A stretch of DNA of 64,000 nt from Mustelus asterias (taxonomy: Eukaryota). Below the pieces are notes generated by a model. The model made no database searches, had not been told where the DNA came from, and worked only from the letters and a program-made list of their open reading frames with translations. Made by a program: the position numbers and the translations under genes. The stretch covers positions 59,396,001 to 59,460,000 of the forward strand of contig NC_135817.1 in the NCBI RefSeq assembly GCF_964213995.1. The letters are read 5' to 3'. Shown here one piece after another: positions 14,212 through 26,800 of the stretch (its first letter is position 1; each line of letters starts with the position of its first letter).

Positions 14212-14968
14212 ATTTGATTTGATTTATTATTGTCACATGTATTAGTATATTGTGAAAAGTATTGTTTCTTGCGCGCTATACAGAGCATACCGTTCATAGA
14301 GAAGGAAACAAGAGAGTGCAGAATATAGTGTTACAGTCATAACTAGGGTGTAGAAAAAAAATCAACTTTATGCAAAGTAGGTCCATTCAAAATGGCAGCA
14401 GGGAAGAAGCTGTTCTTGAGTCGGTTGGTACATGACCTCAGACTTTTGTATCTTTTTCCCAATGGAAGAAGGTGGAAGAGAGAGTCTGGGGTGCATGGGG
14501 TCCTTAATTATGCTGGCTGCTTTGCCTAGGCAGCGGGAAGTGTAGTCAAAGTCAATGGATGGGAGGCTGGTTTGCGTAATGGATTGGGCTACATTCACGA
14601 CCTTTTATAGTTTCTTGTGGTCTTCGGCAGAGCAGAAGCCATATCAAACTGTGATACAACCAGAAAGGATGCTTTCTATGGTGCATCTGTAAAGGTTGGT
14701 GAGAATCATAGCTGATATGCCAAATTTCCTTAGTCCTCTGAAAAAGTAGAGGCATTGGTGGGCTTTCTTGACTATTGTGTCAGCATGGAAGGACCAGGAC
14801 AGATTGTTGATGATCTGGGCACCTAAAAACTTGAAGCTCTCGACCCTTTCTACTTTGTCCACGTTGATGTAGACAGGGGCATGTTCTCCTTTATGCTTCC
14901 TGAAGTCAATGACAATCTCCTTCGTTTTGTTGACATTGAGGGAGAGATTATTGTCGCCATACCAGTTC
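14212..14968 (-). mobile_element. Rex1/Babar-like LINE 3' fragment
   Basis: VERVESFKFLG...KKAHQCLYF..LRKFG...YRCTIESILSGCITV peptide; (atcaa)n-type tail. Confidence 0.8.
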
Positions 14969-16047
14969 AGTGGCTCTAATCATGCAATTTCAAAATGTGT
15001 GCGCTCTGTTAAATGGCCCAAATATTGCCGGACAAATAATACCAAATTCAGGGTGTCCATCATTATTAATGCATAAAAGTCCAGCAAATTGTGGGGAGAA
15101 ATGTGTTGATAGGTGCAAATCACATGTTGCTGTACAATTCACAATGGTGTTACTGCCTCACAAGAAACAGAACTGTCAACCTTCTCTGAGCTTCAGGAAA
15201 TTGCTGGCTTTGCACCATTAATTTAAATTAAGCTCAGAACAGATATTAGAGCTGATACTTCCAAGTCACAAGGGCCCCGTAATGACATGATTTATGGTCT
15301 AGACTGAAAAATAACCTTGGAGATCCAGAAAGGGATCAACTTAAACCTTGGGAGTCTCAATTCTACGGACTGTAAACTGTTTCTGGAGGATTTTTACTTT
15401 TTTTTTTCTCTCACTCCAATCTTTTCCCCTTAATTCACCCCATCTCCTTCTGTCATTTGCAGATTCTTTCTCCATTCATACATATAATTGTTTTCCGACC
15501 TGATCATTTCACCTGATGTTCCTGAGGTCAATGCCCAAAATGACATAGCTGCATCATTTCCAATTTGATTTCTAGTTCTTTATGATAAATATGATCTGAA
15601 GGTCAAGGTGAAAAAAGTCCAATCTAAGGTACTTGCTGTGAAATGCGTCGTGCTAGCAATTTCTGTCCCATTATGTTCAGATCATGAATGTCATTCTCTC
15701 TCTCTCTTCAGATACCATGCCCTAAGAGGGCATTGGCGACCATGGACTTCCATGTGTTGGTCCATGATTATTCTTGATAAAGTACTGCAGGGGCTTGCAG
15801 TTGCCTTTTACATGTTGTAGCCCACCAGTGCACTCTCCCAATTTTACTACATCATAGGCATAGGATTTGCAGGTTGATACTCAATCTGGTTGACCACATT
15901 ATGAACAAGTCATCAAGTCCTGGAGTGGAATTCAAACCTGGAGTTTCTAGCAGGATGCTACTACTGTTCTAAACATCATGACATGCTGCAAAATAAAGTT
16001 CTCTATTATGTGTATTAACGGAGGTGGCAAACAGTTTCAAAGGTACT

Positions 16048-16053
16048 TTTATT
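16048..16053 (-). terminator. ATP5PO polyadenylation signal (AATAAA)
   Basis: tttatt on the plus strand, ~113 nt past the stop codon. Confidence 0.65.
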
Positions 16054-16165
16054 AAATCTTTAACACACTAATGAAAGTCAATCACACAGACGGTGATCAC
16101 TGTACACAGTGCAGCTGATTTACAATAACATCCAACAGAAAATTCCTCAGATTTAGGCGATGCAG

Positions 16166-16279
16166 TTATACAGCTTCATTTATTAGTTTGCTGAGTTTTT
16201 GAATCTTGGTTTTCGTGGACATATCAGCGTACTTATCACCAACACTGACAATCATTCCACCCAGGATTGACGGATCAGT
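16166..16279 (-). CDS. ATP5PO: ATP5PO exon 7, last coding exon ([37 protein letters not shown])
   Basis: [10 protein letters not shown] motif; tgtag| acceptor; TAA stop. The seven exons sum to 636 nt, i.e. 211 aa plus stop. Confidence 0.97.
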   Translation of the reverse strand, partial: TDPSILGGMIVSVGDKYADMSTKTKIQKLSKLINEAV

Positions 16280-17570
16280 CTACAATTTAAAAAAAAGTTT
16301 GTTACTTTCTTATGATGTGCTTTCAAAGTTAGTGCTTGATGATAAATCATATGAAACGTGAGAAGTATTCATCTGGTTCTCTTGATAACTCGCTGATTTT
16401 AAGCAACAAATACTTGAAGCAGACAAACAAGAAAGATAATTTCCAATCTATGTCAAGTTAGTTGATCTCACCTGGACAAGTGGCAGGAATTATATAACTA
16501 GCTACACTAGCACTTGATTTGTTTAATGTGGAGGTACGAAGGGCAGGGTGGTGGGGGTACAGTCGGAAAACCAACAGAGTGCTTTCTAGTAACTTCTACT
16601 GGAAGTGCATCTGTGTGAACAGCAGCTGAGCAGCAGGGGCATAATTTGTGGTTCACGTGGTAATATAAACAGAATCACAAATAATCCAGGTAAAGTCGAT
16701 TTTGATTTATTCAGCCACCAAATTTTGAGTCAGGCTAGCACATGTAGACATGTACTGTAGCAAGAAGTAAACTTCTCAGGAAGGGCAAGATAAAAATGAG
16801 CTGAAAAAGGTACAAATGTTGCTTGAACGTTTACTGTTTTGGGGATTTTCTCCCTTTTGTTTTCTGTAATTCGTCACTTTTTTTTGACTTGCTCACTATT
16901 TCTTCTGGGAAGAGAAGATGATAAAAATTAAAATTGGAATTTAGGAAAAGACAGAAAAATTGAAAACAAAAATTTTAGAAATTGAATATCTGCATGAATA
17001 ATATGGCGGTGGGAGCTTGAGTGTAAACTAGTCAGTAGATGCTAGGATCCAATCACAATTTGCTTTACCACCCTCAAAATGAAATAAATTGTGTCCATGT
17101 ATTGTTATTTTATTATAAAAAACTTTAAAGTTTTTCTGTTCATGTCCGCTCTTGTTCACCAAACTGAGTTTTAAATATTCCCATTAAAATGTGTCCACAT
17201 TTCTAATGAAACTGACTTAAGAAAACTTGTCGTGCTGTAATTACACCTTCCCTCAACAGTAGCAACTTGACGTTGAGGTTTTACATCTCCCTGTACCACA
17301 AGAAGACTTCTATGCTCCAATAAACTTCTTTATTTTGGTTTTTAAGTTGCCTGTCTTGGCTAAACATGAAGATAAATATATAAGCATGACAGGAAAGTAG
17401 TTAGTGTTATAGCAGAAAGTGGTCCCCACTTAAGTGGAAATGTTTCCTCTGCATCTTCAATATCAAACGCTTTCATAATCTTGAAGTCCTCTTATAGGTC
17501 ACCCTTCAGCTTTCTGCTTTTTAGCAAAAAGAGCCACAGCCAATTCTGGCCAATTGTTTATGCTTCTTAC

Positions 17571-17657
17571 CTTGGTCTCCAGTTTCAGGGTTTCATTTTT
17601 CTTCAGAAAACCATTAAGAGCAGATTTTAGCTCTGAAAGATTTACTTCATCCAGGGG
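17571..17657 (-). CDS. ATP5PO: ATP5PO exon 6 (PLDEVNLSELKSALNGFLKKNETLKLETK)
   Basis: ggcag| and |gtaag boundaries; 87 nt; resembles mammalian PLEEATLSELKTVLKSFL. Confidence 0.96.
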
Positions 17658-18725
17658 CTGCCAAACGAAGAAAGAAAATGTGCAATTTAGATTATCAAGC
17701 AGCCTTTGTTCAACTTGCAGTTCCTTACATGGTTTAGTTATCTATGTAACTAACTAACTTCACAATCAGGCTCAATAATTACTCTGGTATCCATACAACA
17801 AACAGTTGTGGCAGTCCATGGCGCCCAACAGCTGATTTCATTTCCTGCAATGTTCCTTTGCTTGTACAGGTCAGTGACTGCTTCTTCCGTCAATTAATTC
17901 TCACTGTGCTCAGAGAAGAAATAGCTTTAAAGCTGACACTCTAAATCTTGCTGACCCATATAGATTCCCAGCAAATTAATGTTCTGTTTTTCGCTCAAAT
18001 GGCTCCACTTGTCTTCAAACTCAGCCCTTTCCTGCTAAATCTCAAGTTTCCCTAGGCCTTCACATCAATTACCTCTTCTGCTCAATTCTCTCTTGGTAAC
18101 TGGCCCATTTTATCTTTGTTAATTTCCTTTGGCTCAAGTACTCCTAGTACAAACAATTTGGCTGGATCATTACATTTTGTTTTTTACACCTTTCAAATAT
18201 TAGCCAGCAGTGCTTAGCTTTCATCCTCAATTCTCCTTAACCCCATCAGGATTTTTGGCCTCACTTTCGCTTATCTCAAATTTTCTGTTACTAATGTCAT
18301 CTCCAAGTGCTCAGTTTTTACTTCTTCAAGCCAAATACTGTTTTCCCCTTCGATAACTATTAAATCTGTACAAGAGCACAAATTGATCTGAGACTATTAT
18401 ATTTTTCCCATAAGTGGGAATTTTTTTCAGCCCTAGATATGTACAGGAAAAAGCTTCACCATCAACTCTCTCTTCCCATTGTAATATTCTGCATCTTTCA
18501 TTATTTTGTCCTTTCTCTTCATTTCTCTAATATTCTTGAGGCTTAGAAGTCTAAACTTTGTGTTACCTCATCCTCTCTTTTCAATGTGGTTGGAGAATCC
18601 CCTGCGAGGGGATTTTCACAGTAACTTCATTGCAGTGTGAATATAAGCCTACTTGTGACTAATAAATAAACTTTAACTTTAATCCTTGGTGCTTTACCTC
18701 ACTTTTTCAATAAAAACAATAAAAA

Positions 18726-19050
18726 GGGCAGCACGGCGGTACAGTGGATAGCATTGCTGCCTCACAGTGCCAGGGACCCAGGTTCAATTCTGGCCTCGGG
18801 TGATTGTCTTTGTGGAGTTGCATATGCTCCCTGTTTCTGCATGGGTTTTCTCCGGGTGCTCTGGTTTAATTCCAAACTCCAAAGATATGCAGGTTAGGTT
18901 GATTGGTCATGCTGAATTGCCCCTCAGTGTCGGGGAGATTAGCAGGGTAAATACATGGGGATATGGTGTTAGGGCCTGGGTGGGTTTGTTGTCGGTGTAG
19001 TTTCGATGGGCCAAATGGCTTCCTTCTGCACTGTAGAGATTCTATGATTC
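18726..19050 (+). mobile_element. tRNA-derived HE1/V-SINE-like element
   Basis: gggcagcacgg..agtggatagc..gcctcacagtgccagggacccaggttcaattc head with A/B boxes, conserved central domain and gattctat tail. Confidence 0.85.
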
Positions 19051-19296
19051 TCTTCCCTAGTGACCAATATAAGTGAGAAAAACTGCTCGAAGTCTTTTTT
19101 AAAATTCCTTCATGGGAATATAAACATTATTGGCAAAACCAGTATCCGCTGCTCATTGCAAATTGCCCTGGAAATGGTGATGGTGAGAGGCCTTCTTGAA
19201 ACATGCAGACCATCTGGTGTAAATACACCGACAGTGCAGATCTTAACATTTAACACACTTTACCAATACAACTTTACACTAAAGAAATCATTTTAC

Positions 19297-19409
19297 CTGA
19301 GCAGTAGTGACTGAGCAGAGAACTTCCCCACGATGCGCACTCATGATCTTACCAAAAGCAGAAGCAACATCAGAGGTCTGGCGCAACCGGCCATTCTCAG
19401 CTAGCAAAT
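19297..19409 (-). CDS. ATP5PO: ATP5PO exon 5 ([38 protein letters not shown])
   Basis: LLAENGRL and HRGEV OSCP motifs; tttcag| and |gtaaaa boundaries; 113 nt. Confidence 0.97.
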
Positions 19410-20967
19410 CTGAAAAAATAAATAAGATCTCTACATAACCACCACTTAACACTTAATCTTGAAGGCCAGTTATCAGCACTTTTCAACTGTAATGAAGAGT
19501 TAACAGAAAGGTTAAAATGCTTTGGTCTGGAGGTAGAAACTCATACTGGGATTTGGTTCCAAATATGTCTTCAGCTCTGCAATTGAAGAGGGATTTCAAT
19601 TTCACCTGAAATGACAATTATATGCTTTTTGCAATACTTACATGTAAAATAATTTAAAATTTAACCTCTCCAGTCCTGAAATCTATTGTTTGGAAATACC
19701 ATTTGTCCAGAAATCTTTTGAGCAAACCCAAGCAACTTGTGACATCATTTCAGTATTGTACTTTGGGAGTGGAAACATGGAAGATACAGTATTTGGATAA
19801 ATAAAATAATTTTTATGCCCAAAATGTTTTATCGCTTCAGGTAAATATTTATAGCTTTGGTACTTTTCTGTTTACGCAATTGTGGTTATGCATAGAAAAT
19901 TCAGAAATCCAAAAATTACTTGGCCCCAAGCATTCTGGACTGGAGGGTTTACAGTGTATTGAGATCTTCCACAGGAATGTTGCATTATGAATTGAGACAA
20001 ATATATTATATATTTTTGCGCTTGGAAGATGTGTTTTAATTTTTTTAGTTCTTACGGTGTCACTGGAAAGGCCAGCATGTGTTGCCATCCCTAATTGCCC
20101 TTGAGAAAGTGGTGATGGGCCATCTCCTTGAATGGCTGCTGTCCATCTGCCTGTGTACAGTGCACTGAACTTTGGACAAATACACAATCTTAAGCTGCAA
20201 GAACCAAGTGGAGTGCAAAAGTAGGAGAATTTAGTCACAGAGAGGTTGGGATATCATTCATGAAATCTTTTTGATCTATTTTGTATTTAATCAACCAATT
20301 TTACCAGTTCAATATTAGGAGCTATTTGAAATGGTTTTTGCGTTGTTTGAAATTTCAAAAGGTGGCAAATGATAAAATTAAGGTTAATAAATCATGAAGG
20401 AAATCGTGAGGAATATTGTAACTTCTGAAGTAAAACTGGATAAACATTTGAAGTGGAGGAAGATGATGTATTATAGGAAGGTGCAATTAATTTCAGAGTG
20501 CTCTACAGCCAGCAGAAATTTAAAGAGCCAAACAGCCTCCTTCCAGTCTGCAAAGTTATGTTCCTCTATTTATCTATCAGATAACTGGAAGATAACCCTG
20601 CTTTTTGCATCAATTTTCATACTACTTAAAAGCTATGTTTATAGACTAATGCAGGGCAACAATTAAGACATCAGGGCTTCCTTTTCTGATTATTTCTTCA
20701 AGAATGCATCCATTTTAACACAATGACCAGAAAATTATGGCTGATGTACTTAGTTAATACTGTTTTGAGATTGTTCCTTTATTACCAGCTGATTCATCGT
20801 TCAGGTAGGATTAGGTAAACATGTTCAGTTCGCACATAATCAGACAACAATTGTGTCCCCTTTATGGCCAATCAATAAAAATATTTTCTCACTATAGCGG
20901 AAATACAGTTTTCTAACTGACACTATTGTGTTTATAAAGTAGCTACTCAATTTAAGTTAGTTTTAAG

Positions 20968-21275
20968 TTTAAGTTTATTTATTAACGTCACAAGTAGGCT
21001 CACATTAACATTGCAATGAAGTTACTGTGAAAATCCCCGAGTCGCCACACTCCGGTGCCTGTTTGGGTACAGTGAGGGAGAATATAGCAAGGCCGATGCA
21101 CCTAACCAGCACATCTTTCCGATTGTGGAAGGAAACCAGAGCACCCGGAGGAAACCCACGCAGACACGGGGAGAACGTGCAGACTCCGCACAGACAGTGA
21201 CCCAAGCCGGTAATTGAACCCGGGTCCCTGATGCTGTGAAGCAGCAATACTAACCACTGTGCCACCATGCTACCC
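20968..21275 (-). mobile_element. HE1/V-SINE-like element
   Basis: Reverse complement of the same tRNA head and core; aataaataaact tail variant. Confidence 0.85.
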
Positions 21276-21372
21276 ATCTATATTGAGATGCTGTTATCAA
21301 TGATTTGACATTAAAATTATCGAAATATTGACTAGCTACAGTTGTATTATGACTTCTTATTCAAACATTCTA

Positions 21373-21498
21373 GCCGGAATTTTACTGGCACGCCTGTCCC
21401 GATTCCTGAGGCGGGCGAGGCTCGGAGAGTGGCATTCTTTGCTGGCCTTGGGCGGGATTGTACAAAATTCGGGCGGGCATGCCGGTAAAATTTCACCC
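21373..21498. mobile_element. Second copy of the same MITE-like family, opposite orientation
   Basis: GCCGGAATTTTACTGGCACG ... CATGCCGGTAAAATTTCACCC; internal sequence is reverse-similar to 12932-13057. Confidence 0.7.
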
Positions 21499-21567
21499 TC
21501 TGTTTTTGCAATGTTGTACGGATTACTGAAAATATTGTCAAATGCAAAAGTACTGACAATCACTTAC

Positions 21568-21697
21568 TGACAAAGTTGAGCATCATTGGGGAAATTTTCT
21601 GCTTCGACAAGACGTCACTCACAGTTTTTTGCTTGATATTGCGCTTAATGTGGGGATTGTTGACCACTCCAAAGAACTTGGGATCTTTCATCAGCAA
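21568..21697 (-). CDS. ATP5PO: ATP5PO exon 4 (LLMKDPKFFGVVNNPHIKRNIKQKTVSDVLSKQKISPMMLNFV)
   Basis: gcag| and |gtaagt boundaries; 130 nt, ends in phase 1, matching exon 5. Confidence 0.95.
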
Positions 21698-21791
21698 CTG
21701 CAACATAAACAAGGAGATGAAACTGTTAACAAGTCAAATCATAGCAAATAAGAGTGTTTTTTTAAAGACGATATCCAGAATGATGGAAATA

Positions 21792-22058
21792 TGGGTGGCG
21801 CAGTGATTAGCGCTGCTGCCTCACAGCACCAGGGACCTGGGTTCGATTTCTGGTTTGGGTCACAGTCTGTCTGGAGTCTGCACATTCTCCCCGTGTCTGC
21901 GTGGGGTTCCTCTGGGTCCTCCGGCTTCCTCCCAGTCCAAAAGACGTGCTGGTTAGGTGCATTGTCATGCTAAATTCTCCCTCAGTGTACCGGAGTGTGG
22001 CGACTAGGGGATTTTCACAATCACTTCATTGCAATGTTAATGTAAGCCTACTTGGGAC
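21792..22058 (+). mobile_element. HE1/V-SINE-like element
   Basis: Same family, inverted relative to 20968-21275; the pair flanks ATP5PO exon 4. Confidence 0.85.
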
Positions 22059-22614
22059 ACTTATAAATAATTTTAAACTCACCAATGCCCTATACAATTG
22101 CAGTAAAAAATCCTTATTTCTATACTCAAATCCTCTCGCTATGAAGGTCATTGGCCTTCTTTACTGCTTCGTGTACCTGTGTGCTTACTTTCAGCGACTG
22201 ATGCACAAGGACACCAGGGTCTCGCTGAATATCCACCTCTTCAAATAATAATCGGCCTTCCTATTTTTGCTATCAAAGTGGATAACCTCACATTTATCCA
22301 CATTATACTGCAACTGCCATGCATATGCCCACCACTCAACCTGTCCAAATCATGCTGAAGCATCTTTGCATCATCCTTACAGTTCACCCTCCACATAACT
22401 TGGTATCATCTGCATCAAGGGGAAAGATGCTGCTTCTTCTCATTGATGTTGCCTCTCTGAGCAGCATCAGAAATTAGGAATCTTTACCACTCCATGACAA
22501 TGTTTTTCATTTTGACCCCAATTTTACAGTTACCTTTAAAACGCCAAGGTTCTACAACTTTAAATTAATCTCTCTTTCATTCAATATAAAGGCTGGAAAG
22601 AATATCCAACTTAC

Positions 22615-22725
22615 AACTATCTTGTGTAGTTCCTGTTCCACTTGGTCTAGTTTCTTCTGCTTGCTAGCAGCAGAGTATAAAGCTGTGGCATATCTACCTT
22701 CAACTCCATAGACTTGAATAGGTGG
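22615..22725 (-). CDS. ATP5PO: ATP5PO exon 3 ([37 protein letters not shown])
   Basis: OSCP signature [16 protein letters not shown]; ctag| and |gtaagt boundaries; 111 nt. Confidence 0.97.
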
Positions 22726-23899
22726 CTAGGGGTAAAAAGATCCACTATTAAATACATGGCAAATTTCAGTACAGCAAATAATAAATGAAAAGTAATAGTT
22801 CTCTAAATTTCACAATTAAATACGTACCAATGATACACAGTGAAGTGATTTATTATAGCATCTATTTTGCTGCAGCAAAATTGATTCAAGCTAATGAACT
22901 TATTGTGATGCATGCTGCCTTGTGTGATAAGCCATAATTTATTACCTCACATTGTCATTTGTAATCACCATCATCTTAATATCATACATCCCAAAATGCT
23001 GCCCAGTTAACAGTCCAGGCTTGTAGAAGGAGCGGGAAAGGCAATAATCTATAATTATAGTGCTCAATGTTTTTCACACAGATAAAGTGAACATTGTAAG
23101 AACATTTCAAGCGCTCAACAATATGCTTTACTGACAATTTGGGATTTGACTTCACCGCAATATGTTGGGGTGGCAGGAGAGGACGAGAACAATTTGGTTG
23201 CCAATTAATTTAAATAACATTCACATATTTTAAAGCTGTTTCTTGTTGAAAATCATTTTCCACCATCACCCCCCAGCTCCAAACAGTAATGTTAATTTCC
23301 AATTCTTCCCGTCATCTTGGAGACACTGGACCCTGCACAGAAAACCAACCCTAATACTCCATCAACGAGATTGCAAGTAATGGATGGAGTCTATTCACCC
23401 TTAATCCCTTCCATTCTTAATGCACATCTTGTTTGAGGTAGTCAGGGAGGGAAGGGGGAACAAGGGCATCTCCACCACCAGTACAAGTGCATTGATGGAT
23501 CAAAACATTGAATCAATGCTGCAACAGTAACTTTAATAATCTTTAAAAAAATGTTTCTCACGCTATATTACTATGGGAATGAGTCATATAGGTAGACTAG
23601 AACAGAATTTTATTGCCATCTCCTCCAAAAGGGTATATGAGTGGGAATAAATTAGAAAGTAATTTGTAGTAGAATGTCATCTAGGTGAGGGAATCAAGCT
23701 TGGATATAGGTCGCACATCAAGGGGTAGAGTCAAGGCAGGTGGACAAAATAGTAATATGGGACATAAGGATTGGAGAATGGTAAGAAGGGACAATGAGGA
23801 AAAAAAACCCCTAAGAATATACCAAGACTCAAGACTAGATTTTACATTGATAACAAAAAGACAAACTACAGGTTCTGTATCTGATTGTGTGCAGCATTT

Positions 23900-26800
23900 G
23901 TCACAAAGTAAATTAGTTAATAGCACACATTGAAGACAATAAATTTGATCTGATAGCCATTACGGAGGTGGTGTCTGCAGGATGACAAGAGTGGGTCCTG
24001 AACATTGAGGGGCATACGACATTCAAAAGAACAGGAAACTAGGTAAAGATGGGGGTTAGCACTGTTAATCAAGGATGGTATTGGTGCAGTAGTTAGAGAT
24101 GACCTTGGTTCAGGAGATGAGATGTAGAGTTGGCTTGGGTGGAAATGCAGGAGAAAGAAGTCACCAGTGGGAGTGGTCTACAGGTCCCATTACAGTAACC
24201 ACAAGACAGAACAAAGCACACAAGAAGAAATATTGGTTGCTTGCGATAAAGAGACGGTAATAATCATGGAGGATTTTGATCTACACATCAAAAATCAGAT
24301 TGACAGTAGTAGCCTGGATGAGGAGTTCATAGAATGATTTTGAGATAGTTTCTTAGAAGAGCATGTTTTAGAAACAACCACTGAGCAGGTTATATTAGAT
24401 TTCGTATTATGTAACATGACAGGATTAATTAATGTCCTCAGAGTAGAGGCACCCCTAGTTAGCAGTGACCAGAATATGATTAAATTTTACATTGAGTTTG
24501 AAAGGGAGAAGAGTGGGTCTAAGCAGGTATTTTGAATTTAAATAAGGGCAACTATGTGGACATGGCAGTTGAGTTAGCTGAAGTGAACTGGGATACGAGC
24601 CTAGAGGTTAGATCAAAAGAGACGCAGTGGCAGACAAATAAAGCGGATGTTCCAGAATAAGCATATTCCAATTCTAAGGGGAGGACCCACCATCTATGGT
24701 TAATTAAATAAATTAAGGGAAGGACAGAAGCCAGGTGGTTGCAGAGAATTGACAGACGCCAGAGGGTGGTTGCAGAGAATTGTTTTTTTAAATTGGAGGC
24801 CTGTGACCAGCGGTGTGCCTCAGGGATCAGTGCTGGGTCCACTTTTATTTGTCATTTATATTAATGATTTGGATGAGAATTTAGGAGGCATGGTTAGTAA
24901 GTTTGCAGATGACACTAAGATTGGTGGCATAGTGGACAGTAAAGAAAGTTATCTCCGATTGCAGCGGGATCTTGATCAATTGGGCCAGTGGGCTGACGAA
25001 TAGCAGATGGAGTTTAATTTAGACAAATGCGAGGTGATGCATTTTGGTAGATTGAACTGACTTACTCAGTTAATGGTAGGGCGTTGGGGAGAGTTACAGA
25101 ACAAAGAGATCTAGGGGTACAAGTTCATAGCTCCTTGGAAATGGAGTCACAGGTGGACAGAGTGGTGAAGAAGGCATTCAGCATGCTTGGTTTCATCGGT
25201 CAGAACATTGAATACAGGAGTTGGAATGTCTTGTTGAAGTTGTAAAAGACATTGGTAAGGCCACACTTGGAATACTGTGTGCAATTCTGGTCACACTATT
25301 ATAGAAAGGATATTATTAAACTAGAAAAAGAGTGCAGAAAAGATTTACTAGGATGCTACTGGGACTTGATGGATTGAGTTATAAGGAGAGGCTGGATAGA
25401 CTGGGACTTTTTTCTCTGGAGTGTAGGAGGCTGAGGGGTGATCTTATAGAGGTCTATAATACTGTGTGCAATTCTGGTCACACTATTATAGAAAGGATAT
25501 TATTAAACTAGAAAAAAAGTGCAGAAAAGATTTACTAGGATGCTACTGGGACTTGATGGATTGAGTTATAAGGAGAGGCTGGATAGACTGGGACTTTTTT
25601 CTCTGGAGCATAGGAGGCTGAGGGGTGATCTTATAGAGGTCTATAAAATAATGAGGGGCACAGATCAGCTAGATAGTCAATATCTTTTCCCAAAGGTAGG
25701 GGAGTCTAAAACTAGAGGGCATAGGTTTAAGGTGAGAGGGGAGAGATACAAAAGTGTCCAGAGGGGCAATTTTTTCACAGAGGGTGGGGAGTGTCTGGAA
25801 CAAGCTGCCAGAGGTAGTAATAGAGACGGGTACGATTTTGTCTTTTAAAAAGCATTTAGGTAGTTACATGGGTACGATGGGTATAGAGGGATATGGGCCA
25901 AATGCAGGCAATTGAGATTAGCTTATGGGTTTTTAAAAAAAAAAGGGCGGCATGGACAAGTTAGGCCGAAGGGCCTGTTTCCATGCTGTAAACCTCCATG
26001 ACTCTATGATCAAACTCGAGGAAACAGCATATAACTGTGGAAAGATGGGTGGCAAATCAGATGATTGGTCAGAGTATAAACAACATCAGAGCATGACTAA
26101 AAAATTAATTAGGAGAAAGAATTAGAGTATGGGAGAAGCCAGCTAGAAATGTAAAACAGGTAGCAAGAGTTTCGACAGGTACTTATAAAGGAAATGTCTA
26201 AGTGAAGTGAGTGTTTAGTCCTCTAGAGTGACAATGGGGAGTTAACAGTATATAATAAGGAAATGGCAGATGAAATGAACAAATGTTTTGCTTCTGTCTT
26301 CAGTGTAAAAGATATCACTAGGGTAGCGGTACTGAGTAAACTGATGAAACTGTGGGCAAACAAGTCTCCGGGTCCTGATGGTCTTCACCATAAGGTCTTA
26401 AAAGAGGTGGCAAATGAGATGCGTTGATGTTAATTTTCCAAATTTTGCCATACTAGAAAGGTTCCATCAGATTGGAAAGTGACAAATATAATCCTTCTAT
26501 ACAAGAAGGGAGGGAGGCAGAAAACAGAAAATTATAGGCCTATTGGTCTAATGTCTGTCATGGGAAAGGTGTTAGAATCTATCATTAAAGAGATTATAGC
26601 TGAAATTTAGAAAAAATGAAGGTAATCAAGAAGAGTCAGCATGGTTTTGTGAAAGGGAAATTATGTTTAACCAGCTTATCAGAGGGCTTGGAAGGAGTAA
26701 CATGCACTGTGGTCAAAGGTGAGCCTGTGGATGTACTGGACTTGGATTCCCAGAAGGCATTTGATAAGGTGCCACGTCAAAGGTTATTGTAGAAAATAAA

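Noticed and set aside
1-16000. ITSN1 3' exons expected from mammalian synteny
   Set aside because: No ITSN1-like C2-domain peptide was recognised on the plus strand.
18726-18800. tRNA genes at the SINE heads
   Set aside because: The A/B boxes belong to multi-copy tRNA-derived SINEs, and no complete cloverleaf is evident.
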